From assembly GCA_047495785.1 (NCBI GenBank), contig JBLDXI010000007.1, positions 3,534,001 through 3,598,000 of the forward strand: 64,000 nt of DNA, written 5' to 3'. This DNA comes from Lepidodermella squamata (lineage: Eukaryota > Animalia > Gastrotricha). Positions 24,851-37,228 of the stretch are shown piece after piece. Each line of letters opens with the position of its first letter. The first letter of the stretch is position 1. The position numbers and the translations under genes are program-made. The notes below the pieces were generated by a model, which did not search any database, was not told where the DNA came from, and saw only the letters and a program-made list of their open reading frames with translations.

Positions 24851-25429
24851 CAGTGCTTTGGATTTGATTTGATTTGATTTAAACCTTAAATCACGAATCA
24901 CTTCAACTCAATCAAAATCAATCATTTGCTGGAATTTTTCAAGTTAAATCAATCAAAATCAATCACAAGGGAATGTAAATCAGGATTAAATCATCCTTAT
25001 TTATTCATCGAATCCTCATCTCACCATAACAGAGTGTTTCAATCAGAGTATCACATGCGATCAAATTGCACTTGCGATGAATAAGAATTATAAAGCCTAG
25101 CTGCTAATGCAACAAAACGAGTGCTGCCTCGTGCAAGAGCCTATCATTGCCCGTAATAAACACCACGCCGCCTCACATTGCCACATTTTTGGTCTGTGGT
25201 TTGAGTTTGGCACGCGATTTTTTGTTACTTCCTCCTTTTGAGCACACATGCATGTACACGCAAGAAGTAAAGTAGGCTCAACTAAATCGCTATAAATCAA
25301 GCACCTTAAATCAAAATCAATCTAAATCATCGCATTACGATGTTAAATCAATCAAATCAAATCACGGGTAGCCAAAACGCCTATAAATCAAATCAAATCA
25401 AATCAAATCAAATCAAATCCAAAGCACTG
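24851..25429. mobile_element. hAT-family MITE (579 bp)
   Basis: TIR CAGTGCTTTGGATTTGATTTG / CAAATCAAATCCAAAGCACTG, 8-bp TSD GTTTTGGA on both sides, and (AAATC)n subterminal repeats. Confidence 0.92.
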
Positions 25430-25625
25430 GTTTTGGAGTTTAATTTTGGGGGTTGAAAATCGTTTTTTTGCGATTGCGGCCAAATGTTGCCCTTCTTGGT
25501 GTTTAAAAATTTCTCATTTGGTCTTTAAAATTTAAACTGTTAAACTGCTTAAAAAACACTGGCCGAATCAGCATAAAATTTTCTTAATTTTGCTATGAAT
25601 CGCGGCAACAACACAATAAAGGAAA

Positions 25626-25628
<3 letters not shown>

Positions 25629-25664
<36 letters not shown>

Positions 25665-25665
25665 G
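25629..25665. repeat. (GA)n microsatellite 3' of channel F' (copy at 37193-37229)
   Basis: Direct reading of the sequence. Confidence 0.95.
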
Positions 25666-25775
25666 CTCATAGGGCATGTTAATATAATGATGATAGACGA
25701 TGATAATTACAACATTGTTACTACACGCACGTGTTCCGCTAATTTCTTAAATTTGATTCTTGATCAAAACCTGTT

Positions 25776-27633
25776 TCAAAATGCGACAATAAGAGCATAG
25801 ACATTCAGGGTTATGAGTACATCAAAACAGATTAGGAAAGCTGAGACATCCATGGCTCGAGCATAACTGACAGCTGCGAATTTGATCGAAATCGCCTTTT
25901 CAGCCATTAGAATCTTCTCGTATCTAGTAGTAGCAGCTACCATAATCGCTTCGTAAAACACGAGTGCGCCGGTCAGGCCACATAAAATTAAAATATACTC
26001 AGCCATCAGGACAGATTCAGATGTTTCTGGGATGCTTTTCAAAACATCAGATTGCGTAACGATCAGGCTCAGCAGCAGAGTACCGGTAAACGCTGGCCGA
26101 TCTGGAACATCAGGCTGGAATAGCAAGGACCCGAAAACGAGGAGCGTTATGATGGCACACGGGGCCATGTTGTTGATCAAATAAGGAGCCGGCTCTCGAG
26201 AGAATCCTACTGTGAAGCTTGCATAACCAGAAGTACTATTCTTCCTCAGCAGGGATGAGGTTATACCGTATGTCGAAGAAGCCGCGTCAAGCTTCCACAA
26301 CTCACTCTCAAACGATCTGTCAAAGGTCAACCGGGTTCCGCCGAAAGTTAAGAACTTCTCATATTCGTCCAGTAAGAACGTGAAATCACACCGCTGCGAG
26401 TCGAATGGAAATTTTCGGAGTTTCAGGATGCATTTCGCTGTTATAACGCCGAATCTCATCCAATGAAAAAACAGAGTTCTATTCGGACTCGTAGGGTAGT
26501 AAGCTATCTGGACTTGTTCTTTCCATGTACTACTCTCTAGGTACAGATCCACAGTTGTATTAGCGAATCTAATACCAGGTACCCAAACTTCATCTCTATT
26601 GACCGTGTAAACCCGGTCAGCTTCATTCACGTCAGGAGCGGTAACCTCCACTGGGCAATTACGCACCGCCCATTGGACAAGGATTACGGCACCGGCTGAG
26701 ATCTCTTGAGCCTGCGCGTTAATATCTACCAAGGTTTCAAACTCCAGGGTCATGAAAATTTTGGTCCCGAAGTCTGGAGATTTGTTCTTCGTACCCAGTG
26801 ACTTACAGGTAGTCAAGTCACTCAGGGTTAGCAAAGGAAACATGCTGCCATCGATCAAATTTGGAATCTTGAATTCAGTCGTATTTGTTTCGAAGTCATA
26901 CGTCCTCGGCGTTGATGGAGTTGGCTGCAGTGCCCAAACTCGCGTGTTTTTCACAGTGACGTCAGCATTGTACCCATTAACGCCGTAAATTTGAATCGTC
27001 GCCAGTCCACTAGCTAGTTGATTTGCAGCCAAACCAGGTACATTGGCATTTGAAAGTAGGACAGCTGCTGTTGTTTCGTTGAATCCAGGCAGAGGCGTGA
27101 CAGCAGCCTAATACGTGAAAATCGTTAGCGATCTAAATTGGCATGAACCTGGAAAAAGCACTTACAGTGACTTTGTCGTTGGCAACCTGAACTAAGAGTC
27201 GGAAATCAGACACGACAACACCACTTGAGTTAGTATCCCTTCGAGCTCTGTAATGGAAAAGATTCGAAATGACGTTCGACTTTCTGCTATAGGCGAAAGG
27301 CGGAGCTCGGGCGGTCGACGCGATTTTAGCGTCGTATGCTACGAACAATCTTCCGCCTATGCCAACTTGAAGTGATAAATGAAGACCGTTGTAGTTGTTG
27401 AATAAGCTCTTCCTCCCATATGCGTCAAAATCTGATAGACGAATCTTACGAAAAATCATATAAATTCACCAAAACATACCGACAAGAGTTTGTGAGTTTG
27501 AAATTTCGAAAATTATGTAACTGAAAGAGTTAGGATCAAATTGGGTGCTGAAGTCGGTTTCAAAGCGAAAAGCAGCAGGGCTTTGCCCCTTCGGTAGCGA
27601 ATTCTCAATTTCCACCGCGCCAAAATCGTTCGT
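25776..27633 (-). pseudogene. Member F': 5'-truncated duplicate of F (partial D2 + intact channel frame)
   Basis: Identical to 37340-39197. It breaks inside the D2 exon (..TNDFGAVEIEN) where the EnSpm end begins, so it has no signal peptide, D1 or stalk. Confidence 0.85.
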
Positions 27634-28044
27634 AAAAACTGTAAAAACGAGGTTTCTATTTAGTATCCTAAGTAGTAACCATCACTACTCTTGGCGATTG
27701 TTACTTTAAAGGAATTTCATTGTTACTTTTGAGACCCCGGTTCCTTAAAAGCACCATCCTATCGAGTAATAATTACTAATTAATGCTAAGAAGTACCGTA
27801 CTATTTAAATGCCATTCGGTTTGAATTGTTGCTTTTTAGGTTGAATGGCCTGGTTCCGCTGCATCGGACGTTTACACTTCCAGAAAATAGCACACCATGT
27901 TCATAAACATCAAATTTTATTTCATTATGATCGACGTGCAACAGCTTCTTTCGCTATAGTAAAAAGCGGTATAAATATTTCAACTGATTGCAATATTTCA
28001 ACGGATAACTGAAATATTTCAAAAATATAACGACATCCAGGCGC

Positions 28045-31000
28045 TCAATGTGGCAAGCAATCAATGTTTAGATAGAAATGGTTGTTTAGGTGACTAATTA
28101 TGGGAAAAGATCTTTTCACTGACAAATCTTTCAAAGCTATAATCGCTATCTTCGAAGGTTGTGTGATCGAAACTAAGTAAGAAAAATATCGCCGACAAAA
28201 TCTTTCCAGAGAAATTTCAATAATTACAAAATAGATTTCAGAATTTACAAGAAATATTTGTTCGATTTGATGGAAGACAGGCTTGCTCGCATTTTCAAAC
28301 CAGCCCACAGTTGGCTTCGAGGTAGTTACAGCGGCGCCACGACAATAAAAAGCGCCTTTATAACGAATGGAGTTATATACAATCGCTACATCAGGAATGG
28401 TCAGATCATCCAGTTTGTAATTTTTCGACAGATATTGAAGAAAATCTTTCATATTTTTTTCTTTTCCTCCTTCCATGCAATCAAGCCGATCAAGTACGTT
28501 AATGAAGCGCACGGATTGAAATTTCGCCATGTTAAATATTTGAGAGATTGGGTTGTGATAATTTTTTGGTTCGAGTTTGGATAAGCCGCGCTCAAAGCCC
28601 AAAGAAGAATAAAACCGAGCAGGCCCGTAATCGCGAATTTGTTGAGGATAATGTACAAGGTTATGCAGTTTAGTGACAACAAAAGTTTCACCATAGGCTC
28701 GCACAGATAATTGCAAGAAGTGAAAAATTAAATTTTCCAAAATTTTTACATCATCGACAAATACATAGGGAGAATATATAAAAGCAATTATTCTATTCAA
28801 CAGTGCCAAGCAGCGGTATTCGATACAATCAAAAAATGTTGGTTTCAGTCGAAGAGGAGTAAAATCTAATATAAAACCTAATCGAGTCATCAGCATTTTC
28901 ATTTGGGTGGCGGTTTGGTGGCTGTGAAGCTCGCCTGACACGATCTTGAAATTCGGTGCCGGAACAGCCTCGTGTTTCGCGGTGTCGTCGAACGGGAACT
29001 TGTCGATCGCCTCGTTCATGGCGTCGTCCGTCAGGCCGAACTTGGTTTTTGCCGCTGTTAGGGCTCCGTTCATAATGTAGACACAGCCCCCCTCAAGGAG
29101 GTCATGCGCTGGCTCATTGACAATACAAGCAGGGAAAATAGGTCGCAAGTGCTGTATCTCAACGAACGCTGAAACGACGCCGCTAACTCCAGACTCCGAC
29201 ATTCTAATAGGAAGAATGAGAATTAATTAAGGAATTTGTCAATTGAATTGCGAAATATTTGGCAACATCCATTCCTTTGGGAATAATTTTTAATCTGGAA
29301 AATTCTAGCACCGCCAATAAAAAATCACCTGAGAAAATAATTCGCAAAAATTCCGCAGCATTATTTCAAAAAAATGCTGGAAAATTTGTCAGGGGATGTT
29401 GGTAGATTTACGAAAACAAGTTTCAAGCGAATTTTAATCATTTTTCTTAAATTGTTGACAACTTACTTAGACCTTCGTTCAGTGATAGTTACAGCTTTCA
29501 TCACTTCTTCAGCTTGAGATACGAGACTGTCGGCGGTGCGCATTTTCAAGTCTTTCGCTTCGTATACTTTGCCGAACTCGCCCCTTGTTAGCTCGCATTT
29601 GCTGCATGGTAGATTCGCTGAGAAGCTTTCAAGCATCCCAATCAGCTGGTGCTGAGCCAGATTGTCGCCAAGACCGCTGATCATCAAGATTTGAACTTTC
29701 TTGCTGTTGATGACGATAGGCTCGTCAATTTCGTTCTGAACAGCTCGAACCACTGAATTCAAAGCTAGAAAAAATTGCTTCAATTTCATATCGCTCTTTA
29801 TATCGAAATAAAATTAATTTATTTCAAATTTCTTCAATTTCAAAAACATTTTTTAGATTTTTCAAAAATCTGAAATTTTCAAATTAAAATTTCTTGAATA
29901 TTCATTTTTTAATTTTACCAATTTAAATTTCAATTATTTGAATGATTTTTAAATTTTAATTTTAATTTTAATTTTAATTTTAATTTTAATTTTAATTTTA
30001 ATTTTAATTTTAATTTTAATTTTAATTTTAATTTCGAATTCCTACATTTTTTTAATTTTCTTTGAATTTCAAATTTATTGTTGAAATCTTAAATTTTAAT
30101 TTCGAATTATGAGAAGAGAAAAAGTTTGTGTTACGTACCGACTGTTTTCCTCGTATCCTTAGCCAACTTACAGCACTTAGAAGCTGCTAGTAGAAAGTGG
30201 AATTCGGGTCTAGAAATTCAAAAGTTATATAAACTCCAAAAAATTGATAGCAGCATTACATCCGATCGAACTGGCGCGGCACCATTTTCCATTCGAAAAC
30301 GGCCAGCTTCTGCTTTCGCACGAATGTTCCAAGTGCTGCGACGGAGACGAATTCATCAAAGAATAAAAATATTGGCACGATGTAGTCATGTGGTACATTC
30401 GCGATCATTTGACGAATAGCTTGACCGTCAAGGGGCGATGACATGTAGCCCTGTTCCGTTGGCTGCAGAAGGCTTGTCTTGCTGAAAACTTCAAGCAGCT
30501 CGGGCCTCGAAGACAGGAAGTGGCCAACTTGTTTTGTGATCGGTAGATACTGAAAAGATTGAACACCGACGGGCTCACAGGGAGCTAATGCCGAGAGAAG
30601 CTTGCCTCGATTGTGGGTTGAGAGCATATTTTTGAAAATTTCGTTAAAAAACAACGTCGAGAAACCGCCCAGAAAATGTTGAAGCAATTTTTGAACAATA
30701 CTGCTGATGTAGTCGATGACAAAACAGACGAGAGTTTCGGAGGCAGTGAAGTCGTATTTCAGTTTAAAAACGAAATCGAGAAGCGAATTATTCAGAATTT
30801 TTGCCAATTGCTCCTCCAGCGATAATTTCAAATTCGATTTCTCGTCTTCCGGGCGGCAGTCAGTGGCTGGACTGCTTTCGAATAATGGAGATTCGCCCAG
30901 TTTCTTATCAGCCGCCGTACCATTTGTGACCGGCGTGGACGTAGTACTTCTAACGAACTTTGGGACGCATTGATGCTTCCGTAATAGATAATCGGTCGAA

Positions 31001-31065
31001 AAGGGACAGGCGCATTTTGAGCAAGTAAAAGACTTTTCTTGTTTATAAGGCTGATATGAAGCCAT
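28045..31065 (-). CDS. EnSpm/CACTA-type transposase (multi-exon)
   Basis: N-terminal CxxC..H zinc finger, then FLFFDEFVSVAALG..KQKL, LGDNLAQHQLIGMLESFSANLPCSKC, PAHDLLEG and KLHNLVHYPQQIRDYGP..SSLGFER. These motifs are in the order typical of animal EnSpm-like transposases. Confidence 0.85.
29952..30034. repeat. (ATTTTA)n microsatellite in transposase intron
   Basis: About 13 tandem hexamers. Confidence 0.95.
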
Positions 31066-31158
31066 TCTAGGAAGAACGAGAAATTAACGAATTCATATTG
31101 TTTTATTTTAATTTTCCGCGGCGAGATTTTTCATAACGTTTGAACATACAGTTGTATA

Positions 31159-31338
31159 CAGGGTGGCCAAAAAATTCTGCAGAGCGGGAATTCGATGCGC
31201 ATCATTTTAATGAGGAGTTTCAAGAAATTGAGGAGTTCCATTGGCAAAAGAATGCTTGAAATTCTTCAACTTCTTGAAACTTCTCATTAAATTGATACGC
31301 ATCGAATTCCCGCTGAGCCCAATTTTTTGGCCACCCTG
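31159..31338. mobile_element. Palindromic Tc1/mariner-like MITE (180 bp) nested in the EnSpm element
   Basis: TA-CAGGGTGGCCAAAAAATT ... AATTTTTTGGCCACCCTG-TA; the arms are complementary over ~70 bp. Confidence 0.88.
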
Positions 31339-31533
31339 TAGTATATAGTAGTAGTAGTATAGACTAGATAACTGGCAACGGGAAATTCCGATTTGTAAAT
31401 TGAAGCAAAGTTATGAAGCAAAGAAAGAGCTATACAGTACATAGGACAAGAGACAAATTCACAACAAACTGGGAAACCATAGATGCCAGCAAAATAAATT
31501 GAACTAGCACTATAAACGTTGATCGAAGAACAA

Positions 31534-33762
31534 CTAATTGTTAACATTAGCACGCCTCGATGATCTCAGAATTTGAGTCTCGGCCATTGTTCGCGGCTTC
31601 TTCGAGTTAATGGGTGTATTGTTGCTAGACCGTTTCGCCTTATTTGATGTTGGCACTGGCGTTGCGTTAGGCGGTTGCGTTGGGCGACCGCTTGTAGGCG
31701 TATTGCTTGTAGTTGGGCTTGAAGCTGATCCAGCACTACGACCGCGAATATTTGCGATGGCCATGGTTATCTGAAACAGGAAAAATGAATAATTATTCTA
31801 AAAAATCCAGCCTACCATAAATTCGATTTAAACTTTACATTTTCAAAATCTTATTTCAATTTTGAGAAATTTCCAAAAAAATTTCTAAATGAATTTAAAT
31901 TAATAAAATTTAATTTCGAAATTGTTCCAAAAAAAATTGTTTCAAAATTCAAAATCCAAATTTTTTTTCAGAAATCGAAAATTGCACTTAAAAATTTCAA
32001 AAAATAAGTTCAAAATTAAACTTAAAAAATTTTGAAATTACGATTTGGAAGAGTCTGAATTTAAAATTTAAAATATTAAACATACCGACTGGTCTACGTC
32101 AGTCAGGCTTTCATCATCATCATCATCGGCGACCTCCAAATTTTCTCCATCTGAGTCATTTCCATCGTCAGCTTGTTCAGCCTGTTGTTGTAGGTTTTGT
32201 TCTTGCTGTTGTTGTTGCTGCTGTGGTTGTTCGGCAGCTTTCATCGCGTTAGCGTTGCGCTTGATCGCGGCTGCCGCTACTGCTTTGCGATTCGATACGC
32301 CTTTTCTCACTTTGGCCCTGAAAATTCCCTGAATAAACACAATTTATTGCACTGTACAAGAACATTTTCATGAAATCAATTACCTGCTGAGCAGCCATAG
32401 GTAAAAGCAGGCCGTCAACCCTCGACGTTTCGTTGTCATGCGTCTCTCGCCAAGCCCGTTCAACGATTGCAAGGGCAATGGCGTAGTCGCCCTTAGCGAA
32501 AATACGGCCCTCATTTTGTTGAAGTATCTTGGTCGTCACGAACCGACACAAAATATCGAAGCTGGTAATTATCGTCCCACCGACCCACTCGTTGTAAAGA
32601 TGAGCATTAAATTGCTTAATATCATTCAGGGTAAATGCCAAATTCACTTGATCGCGCTAGAAAACCAAAAGCAATTAGGAATTAAAAATCAAGTTATAAT
32701 GCACATTAAAATTAAAAACAAGAACGACCTTAAATACAAGAAAAATTACTCACCTTCACAATATTATTGGATTCTTCCACAGCCTTGGGAGGCGCTGCTT
32801 TCCTCGCTGCTGCGAAAGCTGCGACCGTTTCGCAAGCTTTGCGATGGCCCATGACTGGGAAAAGCTCCTTGATGTCTTCATTTGTTAGCAGCGAAATACC
32901 GAGTTCATCCAGTTGGTTAGCTGAAAAATCACAGTTGAAATTAAAAAAAAACAAAAAGTTGAAACTAAATTTTAATGAGACCAAATTTTTCCACCGCTGA
33001 ATTTGAGGCTCCAGCACTAAATCTAGTGCAATCTCAAATTCAGTGATGGAACCCTTAATTTTGGGTGCGCACTTGGCTCACCCAAAATTAATTTATAAAT
33101 AATGGATTATTTTTTCTAGCGAGCGGATAAAGACAAAAATGACAATTCTGACGGAAAGGCTATCAGTCGATCGCTAATTGCGGGAGCGAAAATTTGTGAA
33201 GAACCCCTGCGCTATTTAGCTACAATTATTCAATGTGTCCCATAAGTAGCGCCCTAGAATAAGAGAAGAGGTCGCATCTCACGGCCAGGAAATTTTTAGA
33301 AAATTCAAAAAAGGGTAAAATTCCCGAACCAGTTACCATCGGGGTTTTCCGGGTTTAAATTAATTCAAATTAATTCAAATTTCCAGGAAAAAATTATGAA
33401 AATAAATTAGGGCGTGAAAAAAAGCGATGATGTGATAAATTCTACGACACGCGCTAAACTGTTACTAAAACATAAAAAAGCAGGCCAAGACATGAGTTTT
33501 GAAGCCCTCGATGCGTGAACAAATTCTAAAATATTTCACTAATTATAGAAAAATAAAACATGCGACTAAGTGGGTAGACCCAACGCCAGATGACATGGCA
33601 TAGCATATGGTAAATACAGGCGGCTGTTTTTAGGCCATAGCATCAGCCCGAAGGTAGCAATGCGAATAACTTACCAACAAAAGCCTCGCATAGTCGAGTT
33701 TGATGATCAGGATTAGCAACACCCGCGTCGGCAACCAGCTTCAAGAGCGCTTCTTGATCCAT
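31534..33762 (-). CDS. Transposon accessory protein with N-terminal SAM-like domain and Gln/acidic low-complexity tail
   Basis: MDQEALLKLVADAGVANPDHQTRLCEAFV, intron, ANQLDELGISLLTNEDIKELFPVMGHRK (SAM-like pattern), further exons with poly-Q and poly-D. Exon joins are approximate. Confidence 0.6.
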
Positions 33763-35488
33763 GGCGATTTAGGCGAGAAGTAACAATAAAATGAAATTTA
33801 ATTCTACATGATAAATGATAGAATGATGGCGAACTGAATTGACGGGAATTAAAAAAAAAAATTCCGCAATTTTCGCGGGGCAGAGGTCGTCAATCGGCAA
33901 ATATGGGAGTAACTATTGCCAAAGCTGCACTTGAACAAAACAAAATTATGGAGGCATTTCTAACATCACCCAGTCATCCGCGACAGTGTGAGCCTAAAAG
34001 GAAGGACGCAAAGCACACCTAGTATGTTTCGAGAAAAACAATTGAAAAACCTAGCTGTTGGCCAGTCAAATTGTAGGAAACCTTGGGACGATCATTTGAA
34101 ATAAAATAGTTCTAACATCAAGGCGCGAATTTGAAATAATGACGCAGGTGCCTTGGAATGGCGTGTTTGCGTGACTTCGTCCTGTCACACGCCGGGCGAG
34201 ATAGGTGTGAGAGCGTATCGTTGACGCGCGCGTCAGAGCGCGGCGCGGTGTTAAGATCGCCATCGTCGTTGTTGACATTTCGGCTTTACAAGTGGCATCT
34301 CTAAGTAGGCCGATCGGCAGCGGTGTAATAATAGGAGCGGTCGTGTTTAGGTTCACTAGATAGGCAGCGGTGTAATAATAAAAGTGGTCGTGTTCATAAT
34401 TTATACTTAAACAAAAGCTGCGGCGAAAACCATAGAGAAACGGTAAAAATTACGGCGTGATAAAAACGATTATGTTGTGAATAACGGTGATTATGATTAG
34501 TATTATCGCCAACGAAATAGTGGCAATAAAAAGCTAATAGAGCGGCAATATCATGGGCAAGACAAATAAATTCGCCGCGACTGAACGCGCGAGCAATAAA
34601 TTTGCCGCGAGAGCATGCTGCGACAGCGCAATTTTCTCGCATTATTTATAAAAGGTGAAATTTATCGTATATTCAAGTTATTAATTTCTTAAAATTTGTT
34701 GCATAAAACGATAGCATAAAAGCCTAATTCTTTATCGTCCCAAATTTTATAAAATGCAGAGAAAAATGCAGAGGCCTCGTTCAAAAAACTGACGCAGTTG
34801 CCAGCGGTTAACAGTCCAACAAACGACAAATAACGGACATTGATCGGCGCGGCCGCTAATGTAAATGACGCTTTACCGCCTGAAATGAAACAGTGAAATT
34901 AAACATTTTGGAATTTTGAAAATTCAAAAAAAACGAAATAATTCGCGCTAAAAATTGGAGGGCAGCCGCATCAGTACACAGCCGGTTGGTAATAAACGCT
35001 GAAAACATTTATCGCTAAAACAATAATTCCTATGAAAATTTATAAAAAAACACGCGTCGGCGGGTGAAAAATTAAGAAAAATCCGTGAAATAAGGCTACT
35101 GCAGGTAGCGGCAATAAAAGTATAAAAATATCCTGAAAATTCGATACGACGAAACACCAATTTGTCGCATGGAAATACTGGCATAATAACTGATTTAGAC
35201 AAGTTGAAATTGAAATGAAAACATCAACACTGCGCGGGCGAACAGCTGACAATGACCACGACGACGAAAACGACGACGATTTGTGCGCGACTAGTGCGCG
35301 CGCTCGCTTGCGCTCTGAATGGCACGCTCTATTCAGCAGACAATGGCCATTACCTCATCATTAGCCGCGCGCGTTAGCTAATAATTACCGTGCTGAATAA
35401 AGCGCGTGAACGATCAGCACCTTTGTGGCTATTCAGGAGACGACGGACTTTAAAAGCAAGAATAAAAAGGAACCACGTTTTTACAGTG

Positions 35489-37189
35489 CATGCACTGCCA
35501 TTGCCCGATCATCTGTTTCTTCCCACCGAATTTTTCGATCGAGAGGGAAGTAATGTTTTATTAACGAACCACCATGTTAAGTGGTAAACAGACCATTAGT
35601 TTCCTTGGATAGATTATATTTAGAATTTCGAGCATTTCCAGGCCTTGCCCTACTTTCCTGTTTTGCAGCTTTGCTATTTTATTGAACAATAACAACACGG
35701 CTGGGCTGTGTCAAAGTTTCCTAAATCGTCCACCGTGAATGGCGGTGAATGGTTAATGTTTTAGAAATCTTCGCAATTCTCGTCGCAATCGCAATTATTC
35801 GTCATTGAAAGCATTCTCACTTCCTTTCACAATTTCTCATCCAGAAAGTATAATTTGGAAGTTTTAAATCGATCAACCGTTCAGATCAACGCAACTCTTG
35901 CGCATCGCCGTTTTACATAATAAGCTGCTGATTGATAAGTTAGCTGTCTCGTAAAGTGACGAACACGCGGAAGTGGTTGGCCCTTTTCGTACACACTCTT
36001 GACAGGAGAGACTTCCTCATCAACTGTGTTGCTAACCAAGATACAAATAACTAATAGCTGCGCATCTGAAAGGTGAAAGGTTGAATCCTCTCGCCAAGTC
36101 ATTGTTCTTTCAATTTGAGAAGTCATCTGAGTTTCCATGTGCGCAGTGAACGTGGCTAAAGATTCTCTTCGATCAAGATGTCTGAGTTGATTCAGACTGG
36201 ACGTCACGATCTGCCGACTGAGAACATGAAGAAGAGCTTGAAGAGCATAGGAAAACATAAAACATTTACTCAATTTCAAGCAATTTCCAAGTGGTAATTT
36301 TGACAAACAAACAACAAATAAACGTCATCATTGTAGGGATACCCGGAAATAATTGTTCGCGGAATCAGCGTGTTTTTTAAGGATCGATTTGGTGTTTGAA
36401 AAAGCAGTTTTGGACAGTGCTTTGGATTTGATTTGATTTGATTTAAACCTTAAATCACGAATCACTTCAACTCAATCAAAATCAATCATTTGCTGGAATT
36501 TTTCAAGTTAAATCAATCAAAATCAATCACAAGGGAATGTAAATCAGGATTAAATCATCCTTATTTATTCATCGAATCCTCATCTCACCATAACAGAGTG
36601 TTTCAATCAGAGTATCACATGCGATCAAATTGCACTTGCGATGAATAAGAATTATAAAGCCTAGCTGCTAATGCAACAAAACGAGTGCTGCCTCGTGCAA
36701 GAGCCTATCATTGCCCGTAATAAACACCACGCCGCCTCACATTGCCACATTTTTGGTCTGTGGTTTGAGTTTGGCACGCGATTTTTTGTTACTTCCTCCT
36801 TTTGAGCACACATGCATGTACACGCAAGAAGTAAAGTAGGCTCAACTAAATCGCTATAAATCAAGCACCTTAAATCAAAATCAATCTAAATCATCGCATT
36901 ACGATGTTAAATCAATCAAATCAAATCACGGGTAGCCAAAACGCCTATAAATCAAATCAAATCAAATCAAATCAAATCAAATCCAAAGCACTGGTTTTGG
37001 AGTTTAATTTTGGGGGTTGAAAATCGTTTTTTTGCGATTGCGGCCAAATGTTGCCCTTCTTGGTGTTTAAAAATTTCTCATTTGGTCTTTAAAATTTAAA
37101 CTGTTAAACTGCTTAAAAAACACTGGCCGAATCAGCATAAAATTTTCTTAATTTTGCTATGAATCGCGGCAACAACACAATAAAGGAAA

Positions 37190-37228
<39 letters not shown>

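Larger units (their letters stand above)
23925..27633. repeat. 3709-bp direct segmental duplication, copy 1 (copy 2 = 35489-39197)
   Basis: A constant 11564-bp offset holds for all ORFs, the hAT MITE and the microsatellite. Translations are identical and no difference was seen by eye. Confidence 0.97.
27637..35488 (-). mobile_element. CMC/EnSpm (CACTA-type) DNA transposon, ~7.85 kb, with transposase and accessory gene
   Basis: TIRs (a)ACTGTAAAAACGAGGTTTC and GGAACCACGTTTTTACAGTG (CACTGTAAAAACG). It contains an EnSpm-type transposase and a SAM-like gene with AT-rich introns. Confidence 0.88.

Noticed and set aside
24851-25429. (AAATC)n arrays as CRISPR-like or telomeric repeats
   Set aside because: No repeat-spacer periodicity; they are subterminal repeats of a hAT MITE with an 8-bp TSD.
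31159-31338. Long hairpin as a microRNA or other ncRNA gene
   Set aside because: TA-flanked CAGGGTG termini are better explained by a mariner-type MITE.
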